Assembly: GCF_000223395.1 (NCBI RefSeq)
Contig: NC_015931.1
Location: 150,001-182,000, forward strand
Source of the DNA: Pyrolobus fumarii 1A
Lineage (GTDB): Archaea > Thermoproteota > Thermoprotei_A > Sulfolobales > Pyrodictiaceae
Direction: 5' to 3'
DNA: 32,000 bases
Shown here: in pieces, positions 8,680 through 16,740 of the stretch
Layout of the letters: each line of letters opens with the position of its first letter
Position numbering within the stretch: the stretch's first letter is position 1
Program-made: the position numbers and the translations under genes
Notes under the pieces: generated by a model
The model's input: the letters and a program-made list of their open reading frames with translations, nothing else
Databases searched by the model: none
What the model was told of the DNA's origin: nothing

Positions 8680-8911
8680 CGTGAATGGCGTAGAGGACAT
8701 TGTTAAAAGTCTACCAGATGAAAGGGATGTGCTACGATTCTATGAGAATTTGTTTAGGAAGCTTGTCGAGGACCTCATAGAGGCTTATCATCGTACACCT
8801 TTACACATTTCCTCACACCCCTATATAGAAAGGGCTTTGAACCTGGCGCTAGCAGGGCTCGATGCAACTCGTGTATTTAGGCGTTTCTTCCGTTGCAGTC
8901 TCCAGTCCTAA
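8672..8911 (+). CDS. Small hypothetical helical protein (79-84 aa) between tfs and PCNA
   Basis: ATG at 8672 overlaps the tfs stop (ATGACTAA); an alternative ATG is at 8657. Translation MTNVNGVEDIVKSLPDERDVLRFYENLFRKLVEDLIEAYHR... No family recognised. Confidence 0.35.
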   Translation: MTNVNGVEDIVKSLPDERDVLRFYENLFRKLVEDLIEAYHRTPLHISSHPYIERALNLALAGLDATRVFRRFFRCSLQS

Positions 8912-8962
8912 ACCCCTTATCGTGCTAGTGTCGCAAGTAGTTTAGGGGAGGAGGACGATAGT

Positions 8963-9712
8963 ATGACCACTAAAGCGCGGCTAGTCTTCTTTGATGCACG
9001 TGTCTGGCGTTATGTGATATCAGCTATATCGAAGGTCATAGAGGAGGGTGTTTTCGTCATAGATAATGATGGTTTCCGCTTCCGTGCTATGGACCCTAGC
9101 AGGGTATTGATGGTGGATTTGCGCTTCCCGCCAGAGTCATTCGAGGAATTCGAGGCCAATGAGCGAGTCGAGATAGGCGTGAACCTGGAGGACGTTGCGA
9201 AAGTATTGCGTAGGGCTGTTAAGGATGACAAGTTTGTACTTGAGGCTGAGGAATCAAAGTTCTCGATAATCTTCCTCGGGAGAAGTACGCGAAAGTTTGT
9301 CATGCCTATGCTTGATGTGAGTGCCGAGGATATACCTGAACCAACACTGGAATTCAAGGCTACAGCTAGGCTGATGAGCGACGTATATCGCGACATGATA
9401 AAAGATCTTGAGCTCATAGGTGAAAACATCAAGTTCTATACTGATGGGCAAAAGTTTGTAGCATCATCTAGCAGCGAGTTAGGCGAGGTTGAAGTCGAGT
9501 TTAGCATTGAGAGTGGTAGCCTACTAGAGCTAGAGGCTGAGGGCGAACAATCAGCAATGTATGGCCTAGAGTACTTCAGCGACCTGGCATCAGCTGCTAG
9601 AGTGGCAGATGCTATAGTGATAAAATTCTCGAGTGACATGCCAGCTGAAATTACACACGAGCTGCCGCAGGGCGCAAAGTTCTCATTCATAATAGCGCCG
9701 AGGGTCGAGTAA
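8963..9712 (+). CDS. pcn: DNA polymerase sliding clamp PCNA
   Basis: 249 aa with a two-domain clamp pattern (FRFRAMDPSRVLMVDL, GVNLEDVAKVLRR, acidic C-terminal half). GGAGGAGGA lies upstream of the ATG. Confidence 0.9.
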   Translation: MTTKARLVFFDARVWRYVISAISKVIEEGVFVIDNDGFRFRAMDPSRVLMVDLRFPPESFEEFEANERVEIGVNLEDVAKVLRRAVKDDKFVLEAEESKFSIIFLGRSTRKFVMPMLDVSAEDIPEPTLEFKATARLMSDVYRDMIKDLELIGENIKFYTDGQKFVASSSSELGEVEVEFSIESGSLLELEAEGEQSAMYGLEYFSDLASAARVADAIVIKFSSDMPAEITHELPQGAKFSFIIAPRVE

Positions 9713-10882
9713 ATGGCTGTTAAGACCATAAACTACCTAAGGAAGTTATTCCGCGACTATTATGCACGCAGTGCGCGTAAACTAGTGTTGCCAGAGGACT
9801 TCTATGCGCGTGAGTTCGCAGCGCAACTATGGGGTATGAAGAGCTACGTGAGGCACTTGTCATTCTCGTCTCGTGGTACGTTCGAGCAATGGGTAGTCGA
9901 TAAGGCGCCGAGGCATCTCTACTACTCGTCGGCAGTATACAAGCATCCTGCAGCCCAGAATATGGATGAGAAGGGGTGGGTCGGCGCGGACTTAATATTT
10001 GACATTGATGCTGATCATCTGCCTAAGTGTCAAAGTAGCATAGTCGAGGTTGTCGACGAAAAGGTTGGTGTGAAGGCTAGTTTCGCGCCTGCTGAGTGTG
10101 TACGGGAAGCTGCATGGGAGGCTGTAAAGCTATTCGATGTGCTGGTCTATGAGCTAGGTTTTGACAAATCTCGTGTGTATATCGAGTTTTCCGGGCATAG
10201 GGGATTTCACGTTACCGTTAGATGTAAGGAGATTGTTGAGTGTTTTGAGGCGGATTCACAAGTTCGTAAAGAGATACTCGATTATGTACGTGCAGAAAGT
10301 TTTGATGAGCAGCGTGTGATGCAACATGTGGATAGTGAAGTTGGGCGGGGCAGGAAGCGTGTGAAACTATTCGAGTTGCCACCTAGTATCCGTGATGCTG
10401 GAGTACGTGGTCGCATAGCGAGAATTATACGGAGGATGGCCCTTAGGCGCGGCGATAGTGTAGTGGTTCGTATAGTTTCTTCTGAGCCTCTTGAAGCAGC
10501 AGCATTATATCGTAGAAATCGTGAGTTATTCGAGGAGTATCTATCTATAGCGTTTAGCGAGATACGTGTAGAGGTGGACCCGCAGGTAACCGTTGATACA
10601 AAGAGACTCATACGTATCCCATACTCGCTTCACGGTAAGACAGGTCTCCCGGTCATACCTTTGGATGTTAACCGTGTAGATAAATTCGAGCTAAGCGATG
10701 ATCTATCGCCATTTAAACGGTTGGGAGATGTGCGTGTTCGAGCATTAGTGTCGACGCCTACTATAGAGGTTTTATCACAACGTTTGAAGCTTGAAGCTGG
10801 CGAGGAGTATAAGCTGCCTGCTCCGGTTGCGGTATACCTGCTGTGCAAGGAAGTTGCAGTCCTTGCTGGTGAGACAGGATGA
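9713..10882 (+). CDS. priS: DNA primase small (catalytic) subunit PriS
   Basis: Catalytic DLIFDIDADH, FSGHRGFHV and RLIRIPYSLHGKTG motifs. The ATG immediately follows the PCNA stop. Confidence 0.9.
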   Translation: MAVKTINYLRKLFRDYYARSARKLVLPEDFYAREFAAQLWGMKSYVRHLSFSSRGTFEQWVVDKAPRHLYYSSAVYKHPAAQNMDEKGWVGADLIFDIDADHLPKCQSSIVEVVDEKVGVKASFAPAECVREAAWEAVKLFDVLVYELGFDKSRVYIEFSGHRGFHVTVRCKEIVECFEADSQVRKEILDYVRAESFDEQRVMQHVDSEVGRGRKRVKLFELPPSIRDAGVRGRIARIIRRMALRRGDSVVVRIVSSEPLEAAALYRRNRELFEEYLSIAFSEIRVEVDPQVTVDTKRLIRIPYSLHGKTGLPVIPLDVNRVDKFELSDDLSPFKRLGDVRVRALVSTPTIEVLSQRLKLEAGEEYKLPAPVAVYLLCKEVAVLAGETG

Positions 10883-11364
10883 GCGAGGAGGCTAGACCCG
10901 TATCGGAAGAGCTACTTGAGATGCTAGAGGATCCTTCTCGTGAAATACGTAGTGATATTGTTGTGCGTGTAGTGCGTGGTTTAACTAGTACTGCGTTGCC
11001 AGAGGGCCTCGAAGAACTAGCGCGTGAAATGTTTCAACTATGGGAGAGGATAGTTGAGCTATTCGTTGTTGAGCGCTTGACTCTCTTTGTTCGTGGCGAA
11101 CGAGGTGTTTGCTCACGCGTTGGTATGGATTCGGAAGTGTGTACATTCGTCAAGCGTCTTGTGGAGGGTTTGAGAGCTCTACTCTTAGGGCTTGTTATTG
11201 TCGATGATGCTGGCAGAGTGTATGTTCGCTTGAGAATATCGCGTGAGATAAATGGTAGAGTGTTGCCTCGGGGTGCCATCATAAGCCTCGACCCTGGTGT
11301 CGCGTTGCTACTATACGCCATGGGGGAGTGTGAACTCGCAACGATTAAGCCTTTAAAAGGGTAG
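10879..11364 (+). CDS. Putative GINS subunit (Gins15/Gins51-like)
   Basis: ATGA overlap with priS. It has a helical N-terminal half. The C-terminal block VYVRLRISREINGRVLPRGAIISLDPGVALLLYAMGECELA resembles the GINS B-domain pattern. priS-gins15 adjacency is known in Sulfolobus. Inference, not a strong motif match. Confidence 0.45.
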   Translation: MSEEARPVSEELLEMLEDPSREIRSDIVVRVVRGLTSTALPEGLEELAREMFQLWERIVELFVVERLTLFVRGERGVCSRVGMDSEVCTFVKRLVEGLRALLLGLVIVDDAGRVYVRLRISREINGRVLPRGAIISLDPGVALLLYAMGECELATIKPLKG

Positions 11365-11392
11365 TTTCTTTGCTTCGCGGGGAGGAGTTGGA

Positions 11393-11677
11393 ATGGCGAG
11401 GTACCCGAAGGTAATAGTGACGTTCTGCCCACGGTGTAGAACGCACACCCCCCACTCTGTGGCGATATACAAGCATGGTCGCCGTCGTGCACTGGCTCAG
11501 GGTGAGCGCAGGTATCGTGCAAAGAACAAGGGTTATGGTAGCAAGCGTAAGCCGGAGCAAAAGAGATTTGCAAAGACGACCAAGAAAGTTGTACTGAAGT
11601 TGAAGTGTCAGAAGTGCGGGTACACTCTACACCGTGAGGGTATTAGGCTGAAGAAGGCTGAGCTTGTGGAGAAGTGA
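11393..11677 (+). CDS. rpl44e: 50S ribosomal protein L44e (eL42)
   Basis: FCPRCRTHTPHSV...KRKPEQKRFAKTTKKVVLKLKCQKCGY is typical of L44e. GGAGGAG Shine-Dalgarno upstream. Confidence 0.95.
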   Translation: MARYPKVIVTFCPRCRTHTPHSVAIYKHGRRRALAQGERRYRAKNKGYGSKRKPEQKRFAKTTKKVVLKLKCQKCGYTLHREGIRLKKAELVEK

Positions 11678-11680
11678 GGG

Positions 11681-11890
11681 GTGGGAACCGTGGTCAAGAA
11701 GCTCAAGATAGCTATTCCGGAGCCAAGGAGCCGCTTCTTGCTGGTTCGTTGCCCAAACTGTGGCCATGAGCAAGTAGTGTTTAGCCACGCGACATTCCCA
11801 GCTAGGTGTCTTGTCTGTGGTACGGTGCTAGTGCAGCCTACCGGCGGCAAGGCTAAGATACTAGGTCAAGTGCTGAGAGTCCTAGGTTGA
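11681..11890 (+). CDS. rps27e: 30S ribosomal protein S27e
   Basis: [43 protein letters not shown] is the S27e zinc ribbon. GTG start 3 nt after the rpl44e stop. Confidence 0.95.
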   Translation: MGTVVKKLKIAIPEPRSRFLLVRCPNCGHEQVVFSHATFPARCLVCGTVLVQPTGGKAKILGQVLRVLG

Positions 11891-11908
11891 CGTTCTCGCG
11901 AGGCACTC

Positions 11909-11913
11909 TTTTT
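11909..11913 (+). terminator. Oligo-T tract, candidate archaeal terminator after rps27e
   Basis: A TTTTT run 19 nt after the rps27e stop, in one of the few real intergenic spacers. Confidence 0.35.
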
Positions 11914-11959
11914 AGACATAAGGGTTTGACGTTAACATCATCCTGGGGTGCGTATACAT

Positions 11960-12766
11960 ATGGTGCGTAAGCGCAAAGAACTCCCAGAAGTAGGCGAGCT
12001 TGTAGTCGGCACGGTGAAGAAGATATACGATTACGGTGCCTACCTCAATCTTGATGAATATGGTGGTATTGAAGCGTATCTGCCTTGGAGCGAAGTAGCA
12101 TCAAGATGGGTTAGGAGGATTGACGAGGTTATCAAGGAAGGGCAAAAAGTGGTTGTCAAAGTCATACGTGTGCACAAGCAAAGGAAGACTGTCGACGTTT
12201 CCCTGAAGAGGGTAACCGAGGGTGAAAAGCGGCGTAAAATGCTTGAGTGGAAGCGTGCACAAAAGGCCGAGAAGATACTAGAGATAGCTGCTCAGAGACT
12301 TGGTAAGACTCTAGACGAGGCGTACGAGGAAGCTGGCTGGAAGATAGAAGAGTACTATGGCGAGCTAATGGCTGGTCTTGAGCAAGCGGCGATGCGCGGT
12401 CCTCAGGCACTGATTGAGGCAGGTGTTCCAGAGGAGTGGGCCAAGGTGCTCGCTGAGGAGGCGGCGCGTCACATAGAGATACGTAAGGTGCGTGTGGCAG
12501 GGCTCTTCACGCTTCGCAGCCTGGCTCCGGATGGCGTTGAAAGGATAAAGCAAGTTCTCCTTAAGGCGAAGGAGGCTGCCCTCAACACCGAAAAAGATGT
12601 TGAGGCTCGCGTCTACACCGTCGGGGCACCTCGATACCGCATAGAAATCATAGCGGTCGACTATAAGAAGGCGGAGAAGGCGCTCGCAGCCGCTCTTGAA
12701 ACGGCAGAGTCTGTTGCCCGCGAGCTAGGAGTAGAGTATAGTTTCACCAGAGAGAAGAGTAAGTGA
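11960..12766 (+). CDS. eif2a: Translation initiation factor aIF2 alpha subunit
   Basis: N-terminal S1 domain LPEVGELVVGTVKKIYDYGAYLNLDEYGGIEAYLPWSEV plus helical and alpha-beta domains. ATG at 11960 is preferred over the in-frame GTG at 11948. Confidence 0.93.
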   Translation: MVRKRKELPEVGELVVGTVKKIYDYGAYLNLDEYGGIEAYLPWSEVASRWVRRIDEVIKEGQKVVVKVIRVHKQRKTVDVSLKRVTEGEKRRKMLEWKRAQKAEKILEIAAQRLGKTLDEAYEEAGWKIEEYYGELMAGLEQAAMRGPQALIEAGVPEEWAKVLAEEAARHIEIRKVRVAGLFTLRSLAPDGVERIKQVLLKAKEAALNTEKDVEARVYTVGAPRYRIEIIAVDYKKAEKALAAALETAESVARELGVEYSFTREKSK

Positions 12767-12777
12767 GGGGCCACGAT

Positions 12778-13017
12778 ATGAGATGGTTAATGCGAAAATG
12801 TGTTATTTGTGGACGTTACACACTCTCTCGTGACAAGTGCCCCGTATGTGGAGGCGAAGTAAGAGTACCTCACCCACCACGTTTCTCGCCGGAAGATAAG
12901 TACCTCAAGTATCGTTATCTTATGAAGAAGCTTGCTGGATTACTACCGGTCGGCGAGGAAAACGAGAAAGAGGAAAAAGAAAAGAAGAGGATGGTCGCTA
13001 CCACGGGACAGACTTGA
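12778..13017 (+). CDS. nop10: H/ACA RNP protein Nop10 with a Lys/Glu-rich C-terminal extension
   Basis: MRKCVICGRYTLSRDKCPVCGGEVRVPHPPRFSPEDKYLKYR is the Nop10 ribbon plus linker. ATG at 12778; the ORF is open from GTG 12763, which overlaps the aIF2a stop. Confidence 0.9.
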   Translation: MRWLMRKCVICGRYTLSRDKCPVCGGEVRVPHPPRFSPEDKYLKYRYLMKKLAGLLPVGEENEKEEKEKKRMVATTGQT

Positions 13018-13495
13018 TACCTAACCTGTATGCTACTATGTTTGTAATCCTGTGCAGCATATAGACCATGACTGCGAAAGCTATCGCCATAATAAGATTG
13101 GGCTTGTAGCCCGCCATGATGGTCAAGAGGTAAGCGCCAATTATGAAATCGAGTTGGTCTAGTATGGGTGCATGAGCGCCTCTTTCTAGCCCTAATCGTC
13201 TCTTGGTAAACGAGCCTACCATGTCGCCTATGAGTGCTCCTAAGCCAGCTATCACCCCGTAGTACGCGATAAGTGGGTTATTCAGGAGTAACGCGAATGT
13301 AAATGCTATTGATGTAGCGTATAGCATGGCGAGAGTAAACCCCTCAACAGTCTTACCGTCGCCTAATACTCGTCTTCCATCTGGAAGCCGGAGTCCCATG
13401 TCAATAGGGTGTCCACGAGAAATAAGAGTTGCAGAACCGTTTGCTACGAGCGCTGGTACGTAAATCGCTATAAAGACGGAGGCCTCTGCTAGCAT
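12998..13495 (-). CDS. carS: CDP-archaeol synthase CarS (DUF46)
   Basis: Multi-pass membrane protein with YVPALVANGSATLI, LGDGKTVEG and GDMVGSFTKRRLGLERGAHAPILDQLDF, matching the CarS family. Its 3' end overlaps nop10 by 20 nt in convergent orientation. Confidence 0.85.
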   Translation of the reverse strand: MLAEASVFIAIYVPALVANGSATLISRGHPIDMGLRLPDGRRVLGDGKTVEGFTLAMLYATSIAFTFALLLNNPLIAYYGVIAGLGALIGDMVGSFTKRRLGLERGAHAPILDQLDFIIGAYLLTIMAGYKPNLIMAIAFAVMVYMLHRITNIVAYRLGIKSVPW

Positions 13496-14133
13496 TTTAT
13501 GAGTACCATATTGGTGGTTAGCAGCAGCTCCGCAATAACGTTGCCTTTCTCGTCTATCACTAGCCTCCGGCGACTATCAATACGTTGAAGCTTCAATACG
13601 ACATCAAAGTACTCTTGTATAAGCGTATAGGCGGGCGGCTCCTCGGCTCTTGTTTCGGGGTTTACGTGTACCTGGCTAGTTGCTATGCATGTACATGAGT
13701 ATCTCTTTGCAATTTTGTTGATTAGCGTTGCCGTTAACGTCAATACGCGCGTTGAGATATCTGGTAAAAGTGAGGCATCTACTCGATAAGGACCCGTCAG
13801 AGTATCAATGACGATGCCGCATCCACCGATGTTCCGCGGGTTAATCTTTGCCAACTCTAGCGCATATTCCAGCAGATACTCTAGTATATCCAGAGTCGAG
13901 AAGGCTGTCAAGATCTTAGCTCTAGGGGGCAGAATCCGTGATGCTGCAGGTAATGTACTCACAGGTTCGCTTGTCACCAACAATATATCGTTTATCGCTC
14001 CTCGAGTATACAACTGCTTGATTATAGCTAGCGACATTAGCGTTTTGCCGCTCGCAGCCTCGCCATAGACTAGTAGTGGTGATCGCTCATTAACCATGTT
14101 GAGTAGTCTTTCGCACTCTACTACGATTCTCAA
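13489..14133 (-). CDS. RecA-superfamily ATPase (RadB/KaiC-like paralog)
   Basis: Walker A GEAASGKT, Walker B-like CGIVIDTL, 214 aa single domain. Overlaps the carS start by 7 nt. Confidence 0.65.
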   Translation of the reverse strand: MRIVVECERLLNMVNERSPLLVYGEAASGKTLMSLAIIKQLYTRGAINDILLVTSEPVSTLPAASRILPPRAKILTAFSTLDILEYLLEYALELAKINPRNIGGCGIVIDTLTGPYRVDASLLPDISTRVLTLTATLINKIAKRYSCTCIATSQVHVNPETRAEEPPAYTLIQEYFDVVLKLQRIDSRRRLVIDEKGNVIAELLLTTNMVLIKC

Positions 14134-14201
14134 TACCCCTGGTCCCGCATGTTTGAGAGTATGGGGGTTTACGGTAAAGCTTCACAACGGGGGTGTAGTC
14201 T

Positions 14202-15497
14202 ATGGCAAGAATAAGTCTCGAACTCGAGCAAGGCGAGATCGTTCGTGTTATGGGTCCAGCTAAGCTCACAGTACTAAGAGGACGTGTTATGATACTTGGT
14301 GCAGTATTCTCCGAGAACGAGAGTGTGGAGATAGACAAGTTCAGAAGCTATGGTGTAAAAGCTATCGAGAATGCAGCATTGGCGGTGACACTTGGAGAGG
14401 GTAGCTCGCTTGAACAACCAGTTGAAGGCGAAGAGGTCATAGATGAGTGGGTTAGAGTTGCAGACGAAATAGTTGATGCAGTTAAGGGCGAAGGCGGTGT
14501 TGTAATAGCAATAGGTCCCACGGATGCAGGTAAGTCGAGTTTCACAGCCCTTCTGGCTAATCGAGGTTTACATGCTGGCTTAAGAGTAGGTGTAATTGAC
14601 GCTGATATAGGGCAGGCGGACGTAGGCCCGCCTGGTTTCATTTCTGCCACTTTGGTTGATAGGAAGATACTTTGGTTAAGATGGCTTAAAGCTGAGGAGC
14701 TTAGGTTCATAGGCTCAATAGCACCGCATCGTCACGAGCGTAGAATACTGGCTGCTGTCGTAGATTTATACCATGTGCTTAGAGACAGAGGTGCACAGCT
14801 CATAGCAGTTGATAGCGACGGCTGGGTGTATGGCCTATCCGCGCTAGAGTATAAGATGGAGCTTATCCGCGTGCTTAGGCCAGCAGCAGTCGTTGTTGTC
14901 GGTGATGACAGTATTGCGAATGTTGTCGCAGGATGGACAAGAGGTTTCAAAACGAAAGTGTATGCTGTTAAGTCGCCTGCTGTCGTGAGAGTGCGTGACC
15001 GTGAGGATAGGAGAACGCTACGATCCGAGGCCTACCGTAGATTCTTCGAAGGGGCGACAGTGAGAAGCGTTAAGCTAACAGAGGTAAGCGTGATGGGCTC
15101 ATGCCTCTTCATGGGCGAGCTACTCGACCAGAATAGGTTAGCGAGTCTATCGAGTGAGCTTGGTGTGCAAGTACTGGCGGGAAGTGAGAGCGTAGATTCG
15201 TTGGTTCTTGTTGTTGACAAGCAGCCTAGGCCGGGTGTCATCGAGAGATTATCGCAAGAGAAACAAGTCTATGTGATAACTCGTGGTTCTGAGCAAGGAC
15301 TCTATGTTGCAGTCCTAGATAATGAAATGCGAGAGAGGGCTCCGGGTGTGATAACAAGCATAGACTATTCGAGCCTAGAGGCACAGGTATTGACAAGCTA
15401 TCAGGGCGAGATAGGCGGCTTGATAATCGGCAACATTAGGCTTAGTATTGAGGCGGGGTTCGAGGAAGTCGGGCGGGTACAGCGATGCCCGTTGTGA
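14202..15497 (+). CDS. Clp1/Grc3-family P-loop polynucleotide 5'-hydroxyl kinase
   Basis: N-terminal beta domain (VLRGRVMILGAVF), P-loop IGPTDAGKSSF, family-typical DADIGQADVGPPG and VDSDGWV. Confidence 0.75.
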   Translation: MARISLELEQGEIVRVMGPAKLTVLRGRVMILGAVFSENESVEIDKFRSYGVKAIENAALAVTLGEGSSLEQPVEGEEVIDEWVRVADEIVDAVKGEGGVVIAIGPTDAGKSSFTALLANRGLHAGLRVGVIDADIGQADVGPPGFISATLVDRKILWLRWLKAEELRFIGSIAPHRHERRILAAVVDLYHVLRDRGAQLIAVDSDGWVYGLSALEYKMELIRVLRPAAVVVVGDDSIANVVAGWTRGFKTKVYAVKSPAVVRVRDREDRRTLRSEAYRRFFEGATVRSVKLTEVSVMGSCLFMGELLDQNRLASLSSELGVQVLAGSESVDSLVLVVDKQPRPGVIERLSQEKQVYVITRGSEQGLYVAVLDNEMRERAPGVITSIDYSSLEAQVLTSYQGEIGGLIIGNIRLSIEAGFEEVGRVQRCPL

Positions 15498-16738
15498 CCA
15501 GTTGTGAAGTGCGAGAAGAGTATTTAGAGAGTCTAGATGCCCTACCACGATTACTTCACGAGTGTGATGGAAAATGTAGTGTGATTGCAAGGTTTGGTGG
15601 TAAATGGTTTGATGCTATTGGCAACGTAATTTGTAATCGTGGTGCATTGTATAACCTTCTTGGTGCTAGGAAAGACTCTGAGGCATATGCAAAGCTGCTA
15701 GAAGCTATGAATGAGGCGTCATCTGCTAAACTACGCGAGGAAAGCTTCAGTGAATGGTTTGAAAAGGCTGATGCTTCGGTAGCGGAGCGTCTTCCTGCAA
15801 CACGTTTCTATGATTGTGACGGAGGACCATATCTTACTGGCGGTGTAATCATAGCGTGTGTTGATAATGTATGTAATGCGTCCATACATCGTATAATGAG
15901 GGTTGGCAAGGGAGTGTATGGTGTTCGAGTAGTTCCAAGGCATCTGCATGCGCTCCTGGAGCGTAAGCGTCCTTTGCCTGTCGCCATAGTATTTGGTGCT
16001 GATCCGCGTGTAGAGCTTGCATCAGCATGCTCGCCTCCTCTGGGTGTATTTGAGCTAGGCGTTGCGGTGCGGTTAGGATGGAGCGGGCGTGTCTGCAAAA
16101 CCCCGCTGTACGGGATTCCAGTGTCGTGTGACGCAGGTGTCGTGGTGGAGGGATTACTTGGTGAGCAGTTAGTTGAGGAGGGCCCGTTTACTGATATACT
16201 GTTGCTCTGTGACGAGAAACGGTTACAGCCTAGTTTCCGTCCGCAAGCTGTGTACCTTAACAAAGTTACTGAAAGGTTTGTATGGCAGATTCTTCCGGGT
16301 AGCGAGGAGCATAGGCTACTGATGGGGTTCCCTAGGGAAGCTAGCATATGGGATAGTGTGAGAAGGGCGACGGGCAAGGAGCCCATTGTTAGGCTGACTA
16401 AAGGCGGGGGCGGATGGCTGAATGCTGTGATAGCCTTCGACAAAATAGATGATGCGCTTGCTAGGCTTGCAGGCATAGCAGCCATAGCTGGTCACCCGAG
16501 CGTCAAGAACGTAATAGTCACTACAGCTGATGTAAACATTGATGATCCCGTTGATGTAGAGTGGGCTGTGGCCACGAGGGTACAGCATGACCATGATGTC
16601 ATAGTTATTCGTGGCGTTAGAGGCTCTACACTAGATCCAAGCGGATCCGAAGGTGTTGGAACCAAGACTGTGATAGTGGCTATCCCGAAAGGCGATAAAA
16701 GCAAGTTCCTGAAGCCAAAGCTTCTGGGTAGTAAGTAG
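15485..16738 (+). CDS. UbiD-family decarboxylase, probable trans-anhydromevalonate-5-phosphate decarboxylase
   Basis: UbiD-like blocks CDGGPYLTGGVIIA, NASIHRIMRV and LLMGFPREASIW. At 417 aa it is shorter than classical UbiD. The function is inferred from direct coupling to the two aconitase-X genes. ATG at 15485, or GTG at 15494 in a GTGA overlap with the upstream stop. Confidence 0.7.
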   Translation: MPVVTSCEVREEYLESLDALPRLLHECDGKCSVIARFGGKWFDAIGNVICNRGALYNLLGARKDSEAYAKLLEAMNEASSAKLREESFSEWFEKADASVAERLPATRFYDCDGGPYLTGGVIIACVDNVCNASIHRIMRVGKGVYGVRVVPRHLHALLERKRPLPVAIVFGADPRVELASACSPPLGVFELGVAVRLGWSGRVCKTPLYGIPVSCDAGVVVEGLLGEQLVEEGPFTDILLLCDEKRLQPSFRPQAVYLNKVTERFVWQILPGSEEHRLLMGFPREASIWDSVRRATGKEPIVRLTKGGGGWLNAVIAFDKIDDALARLAGIAAIAGHPSVKNVIVTTADVNIDDPVDVEWAVATRVQHDHDVIVIRGVRGSTLDPSGSEGVGTKTVIVAIPKGDKSKFLKPKLLGSK

Positions 16739-16740
16739 TA

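Noticed and set aside
8912-8962. Possible replication origin next to the PCNA-priS-GINS cluster
   Set aside because: The intergenic spacers here are 30-70 nt. They contain no repeated ORB-like elements and no extended AT-rich unwinding region, and no orc1/cdc6 gene is present.
11034-11573. 179-aa minus-strand ORF antisense to the GINS-like gene and rpl44e
   Set aside because: It overlaps a ribosomal protein gene with unmistakable identity. Its composition is Ser/Pro/Thr-rich and it has no recognisable motif.
15808-16485. 225-aa minus-strand ORF antisense to the UbiD-like gene
   Set aside because: A shadow ORF of a strongly supported sense gene, with low-complexity Ser/Pro/Thr/Ala composition.
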